From Candidatus Latescibacterota bacterium (GTDB taxonomy: Bacteria > Latescibacterota > UBA2968 > GCA-2709665), in assembly GCA_965248435.1 (NCBI GenBank), contig OZ252100.1, positions 5,344,001 to 5,408,000 on the forward strand: a DNA stretch of 64,000 nt, in the 5' to 3' direction. This document shows positions 61,025-64,000 of the stretch, piece after piece; position 1 is the stretch's first letter; every line of letters begins with the position of its first letter. The notes beneath the pieces were generated by a model. It ran no database searches. It was not told the origin of the DNA and saw nothing but the letters and a program-made list of their open reading frames with translations. Made by a program: the position numbers and the translations under genes.

Positions 61025-61918
61025 ATGAGTAGAAAGAAGCCCAATTCTGTTGCCATTTTGGAGATGGCCGGGGACCTTGCCCAGCAGACGTCAGCGGATG
61101 TGATCGTTCTGATTGCCGACTCCGGAGTGAAACGGGCCTCGCTGGAAGTCTTGAACGATGTCTGCCAGACGCTTGTCGTGACTCGGAACAAGCGCTTCCT
61201 GAGGGGAATCGAAGAGAGCGGCGTGTGGCGCGTGCAGTTCGAATTCGAACTCGATGATGTGGCACGGTTTGAACGGGTACGGCAGGGCATTATTCTGGGT
61301 GTGGAGGCAGGATACATTCCTAAAGGGAGCCGGCTCGTCTGCCTGACCGGTGTGATGGGGAGCAGTGGCGTAGATACACTCCTGCTCACAGACGCGAGTT
61401 TAGGTTTTGAGGACTTCCATCCAGATAGCGTGGCAGCCCTGGCAGGTGACCTGCCTGTTGAGGTGGTAAAGGCGGTGCTCGACCTGGCGCTGGACATCGG
61501 CCAGGAGGGTCGAGAGGGGGAGCCGGTTGGGACACTCTTTGTCGTCGGGGATTCTGAGCAGGTCATGGGCCATTCAAAAGAGATGACGTTCGACCCGTTC
61601 CGGGGCTATTCCGAGAGAGAAAAGAACATCTGCAGTCCAGACATCGGGGAAGGGATCAGGGAGGTCGCCCTGATGGATGGCGCATTTATTGTTCAGGACG
61701 ATGGTGTTATTCTAGCGGGTGGGCGATACATTACGGCTGATGTGAAGGGGCTGAGCCTGCCCAAGGGACTCGGGGCGAGACACGTCGCGGCAGCGGCCAT
61801 TACGAAACACACAAACGCGATTGCCGTGGCCGTTTCGGAGTCCTCGGGCACGCTGCGTGCCTTTAGAGATGGCGAGATCGTCCTTCGCCGAGTGCCTTCA
61901 CGGAGAGCGAAGGGTTAG
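61025..61918 (+). CDS. diadenylate cyclase (DisA_N/DAC domain, DacZ-like)
   Basis: EGREGEPVGTLFVVGD, DGAF, GLGARH, VSES; no TM segments. Confidence 0.88.
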   Translation: MSRKKPNSVAILEMAGDLAQQTSADVIVLIADSGVKRASLEVLNDVCQTLVVTRNKRFLRGIEESGVWRVQFEFELDDVARFERVRQGIILGVEAGYIPKGSRLVCLTGVMGSSGVDTLLLTDASLGFEDFHPDSVAALAGDLPVEVVKAVLDLALDIGQEGREGEPVGTLFVVGDSEQVMGHSKEMTFDPFRGYSEREKNICSPDIGEGIREVALMDGAFIVQDDGVILAGGRYITADVKGLSLPKGLGARHVAAAAITKHTNAIAVAVSESSGTLRAFRDGEIVLRRVPSRRAKG

Positions 61919-61929
61919 GATTGTAGAGA

Positions 61930-62457
61930 ATGGTACTCGATCCTGAAGAGATCAGCCTGATCAAGGACGGCAAAGGTGTCGAGCTCATCCGGCGTGGGGT
62001 TCGACAGGGGATTGCGAAGATCGTCAAGGCGTTCCCGAATAGCAGTCCGCACGGCCACGTTGGACTGTTGGACGAAGATGGGTGCGAGATCGGAATGATC
62101 CGGTCTCTCGAAAAGCTGGATGCCGCGTCACGGGACCTTCTGGATGAAGCTCTGAGGGCCGCCTACTACGTTCCTCCAATCCTTGAGGTTCTTTCCGTAG
62201 AATCTCAAGGCGGCGGTTACGTCTGGCAAGTGTCGATGGAGAGCGGGGAGCTGTCTTTCCGAACACAGGGGGCCCACACCTTGAATACTTCACAGTTTCC
62301 AAAAATTGTCGTCACAGATGAGAACGGGAGGCGATATCGCATCGAAGATTACCCGGCCCTGGATGCCTACAGCAAGGAGGCCCTGCGGGACCTGCTCCCC
62401 GACTACGTCAGGCGGGCCCAGATGGGTCTTTCGAGTCGCGTGAGACGCAAGCCTTGA
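61930..62457 (+). CDS. DUF1854-like protein
   Basis: KAFP.S, LLDEDGCEIG, YYVPPI..V, W.V, VTDENGRRYRI. Confidence 0.7.
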   Translation: MVLDPEEISLIKDGKGVELIRRGVRQGIAKIVKAFPNSSPHGHVGLLDEDGCEIGMIRSLEKLDAASRDLLDEALRAAYYVPPILEVLSVESQGGGYVWQVSMESGELSFRTQGAHTLNTSQFPKIVVTDENGRRYRIEDYPALDAYSKEALRDLLPDYVRRAQMGLSSRVRRKP

Positions 62458-62495
62458 GTGCGACAGGGACCTGGCGTTGATCCAGTTTTAGGCCT

Positions 62496-63851
62496 GTGAT
62501 CGGAATGAGCAGAGCGCCGTTGGTAGTGGCGGGGATCCTCATTGAAATCTGTTTGATCGGCATGCTGATCCTGGGAGATCTTTCCCGGAACGTGCCGATT
62601 TTTTTTGTTCTTTTCTTCTCCGCTTTCGGCATCTACCTGGCTGCCGTATGGAGGGCCAGAGCGGCCCACCTCAAACTTGCCTTCTTGTTCGGATTGATCT
62701 TCCGCGCCACCCTCCTTCCTTCCACACCCAGCTTGTCCGACGACATCTACCGCTATCTTTGGGATGCCCGAGTACAGTCAGAGACAATCAATCCCTATAA
62801 ATATGCACCAGGCGCGCCGGAGTTGGCCCACCTCAGGGAAGACACGATCTACCCCCGAGTCAATCACCCGGACGTGCCAACGATCTATCCGCCCCTCGCG
62901 CAGATCACCTTTCTGGCCTCTACGCTCCTCTCGCCCACGGTGTGGGCGTTGAAGCTTTTTCTTGTCGGACTGGATCTACTCACCGCGTGGCTCTTGATCG
63001 GGCTGCTCCGAACCTACGATTTGCATACCGGACGCATCCTGATCTATCTGTGGAACCCCCTGCTGATCCTCGAGGTCGCAGGCAATGGACACATGGACAT
63101 CCTTGGCGTGACCTTCCTGATCCTTTCATTCCTCTACGTATCAGTTGGAGGCACCGGTCGGGCAGCTTGTGCCCTCGGACTTTCCGTGCTTGGGAAGGGG
63201 TTCGCGATCTGTCTGTTGCCCATGTTCCTGCGGTGGGCGCACGCCAGAAGTCATTCGGAAGAACGGCCAGCTCCCAAGGCCTGGCCGTTCGTTCTGTTTG
63301 GCGGGACGGTGTCGGCGGGAGTGTTGCCCTACGCTGACGTTGGATGGGGCCTGTTTGCAGGTTTGTGGATCTACGCAAAACACTGGGAATTCAACGCCAG
63401 CGTATACGGTCTCCTGAATGGGGTATTAGAACTGGGAGACCTTTCTCGCGTTGCAGTGGGCGTGCTTTTTCTGGGTGCCGTCCTTGCCCTAACATTCAAG
63501 AATGTGCATCCCATCCGGTCCGGATACCTTCTTGCAGGGCTTTTCGTTTTGCTGACCCCGACGCTTCACCCGTGGTACCTGATTTGGATCATCCCCTTCC
63601 TGGTGTTCTACGCGAGCCCGGCGTGGTTGGTGTTCACAGGGTTGGTCGCGCTTTCCTACCACGTTTTGATTCAGTTCCGATCCGCGGGTATTTGGGAGGA
63701 GGCGGGTTGGGTCAAGGCGGTAGAGTATGGTGGCTTCATTGCGGTCTGGATTGCAGAACGAATGTGGCGGGAGTTGAGAAAAGAAAAGGGCCCCCCGGTT
63801 GGAGAGGGCCCTTTGCCAAGCCGTGCGTCGGCTGGTGAGAATGGACTCTAG
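62496..63851 (+). CDS. GT-C glycosyltransferase (GT87/DUF2029-like)
   Basis: LSDDIYRYLWD, NPY, TIYPP, WNPL, GHMD, HPWY; multiple TMs. Confidence 0.85.
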   Translation: MIGMSRAPLVVAGILIEICLIGMLILGDLSRNVPIFFVLFFSAFGIYLAAVWRARAAHLKLAFLFGLIFRATLLPSTPSLSDDIYRYLWDARVQSETINPYKYAPGAPELAHLREDTIYPRVNHPDVPTIYPPLAQITFLASTLLSPTVWALKLFLVGLDLLTAWLLIGLLRTYDLHTGRILIYLWNPLLILEVAGNGHMDILGVTFLILSFLYVSVGGTGRAACALGLSVLGKGFAICLLPMFLRWAHARSHSEERPAPKAWPFVLFGGTVSAGVLPYADVGWGLFAGLWIYAKHWEFNASVYGLLNGVLELGDLSRVAVGVLFLGAVLALTFKNVHPIRSGYLLAGLFVLLTPTLHPWYLIWIIPFLVFYASPAWLVFTGLVALSYHVLIQFRSAGIWEEAGWVKAVEYGGFIAVWIAERMWRELRKEKGPPVGEGPLPSRASAGENGL

Positions 63852-64000
63852 CGACTCAGCTTTGCGCCTTCGACCGTCCTGTCCCCTGGCGACGGAAGGG
63901 GCTTTTTAGGCCCATCGTTATTGGAAGGTGGCCTAAGCTCCTTCGAGGTCGGCCCGTTTCCTTCTTCCCTGGACTTAACCAGGTTGCTCAGTTCGTGCAC
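63848..64000 (-). CDS. 3' end of an unidentified gene running off the window
   Basis: Open minus-strand frame (..HELSNLVKSREE...KLSR*) converging on the GT gene. Confidence 0.3.
   Translation of the reverse strand: MHELSNLVKSREEGNGPTSKELRPPSNNDGPKKPLPSPGDRTVEGAKLSR

Noticed and set aside
1-64000. CRISPR array, tRNA, rRNA, integron integrase, phage structural genes
   Set aside because: No regularly spaced repeats, cloverleaf/rRNA signatures or tyrosine recombinase motifs recognised by eye.

Overview
Bacterial DNA with two clearly different halves. The gene repertoire (PorV-like barrel, GWxTD, Wzi-like, Omp85) suggests a diderm of the FCB/Latescibacterota neighbourhood, which is inference only. 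(1) About 1-28,700 is a decaying accessory island. It holds co-oriented small enzyme genes (several pseudogenised), a dense IS pile-up (two near-identical inverted IS3 copies, IS30, IS1380, an IS407-group IS3, IS256 and IS3 fragments) and several attC-like sites with no integron integrase in view. It also holds an unusual candidate biosynthetic operon: OSGIN-like flavoprotein, possible PqqD/RRE, HprK-related kinase, B12-radical SAM, divergent pyruvate kinase, nucleotidyltransferase-CBM9 fusion, APH-type kinases, TylF-like methyltransferase and PhyH dioxygenase. The island ends at an abrupt AcrB-fragment/Omp85-fragment junction near 28,725. (2) About 28,700-64,000 is intact core-like genome: envelope genes, csp, era, an L,D-transpeptidase pair, a giant degenerate-M28/FtsX permease plus OPT-like transporter pair, and yicC-gmk-rpoZ-coaBC-udg-dnaB-kptA-DAC. 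No rRNA, tRNA or CRISPR array was recognised. All family calls come from motif recognition by eye; no searches were run.
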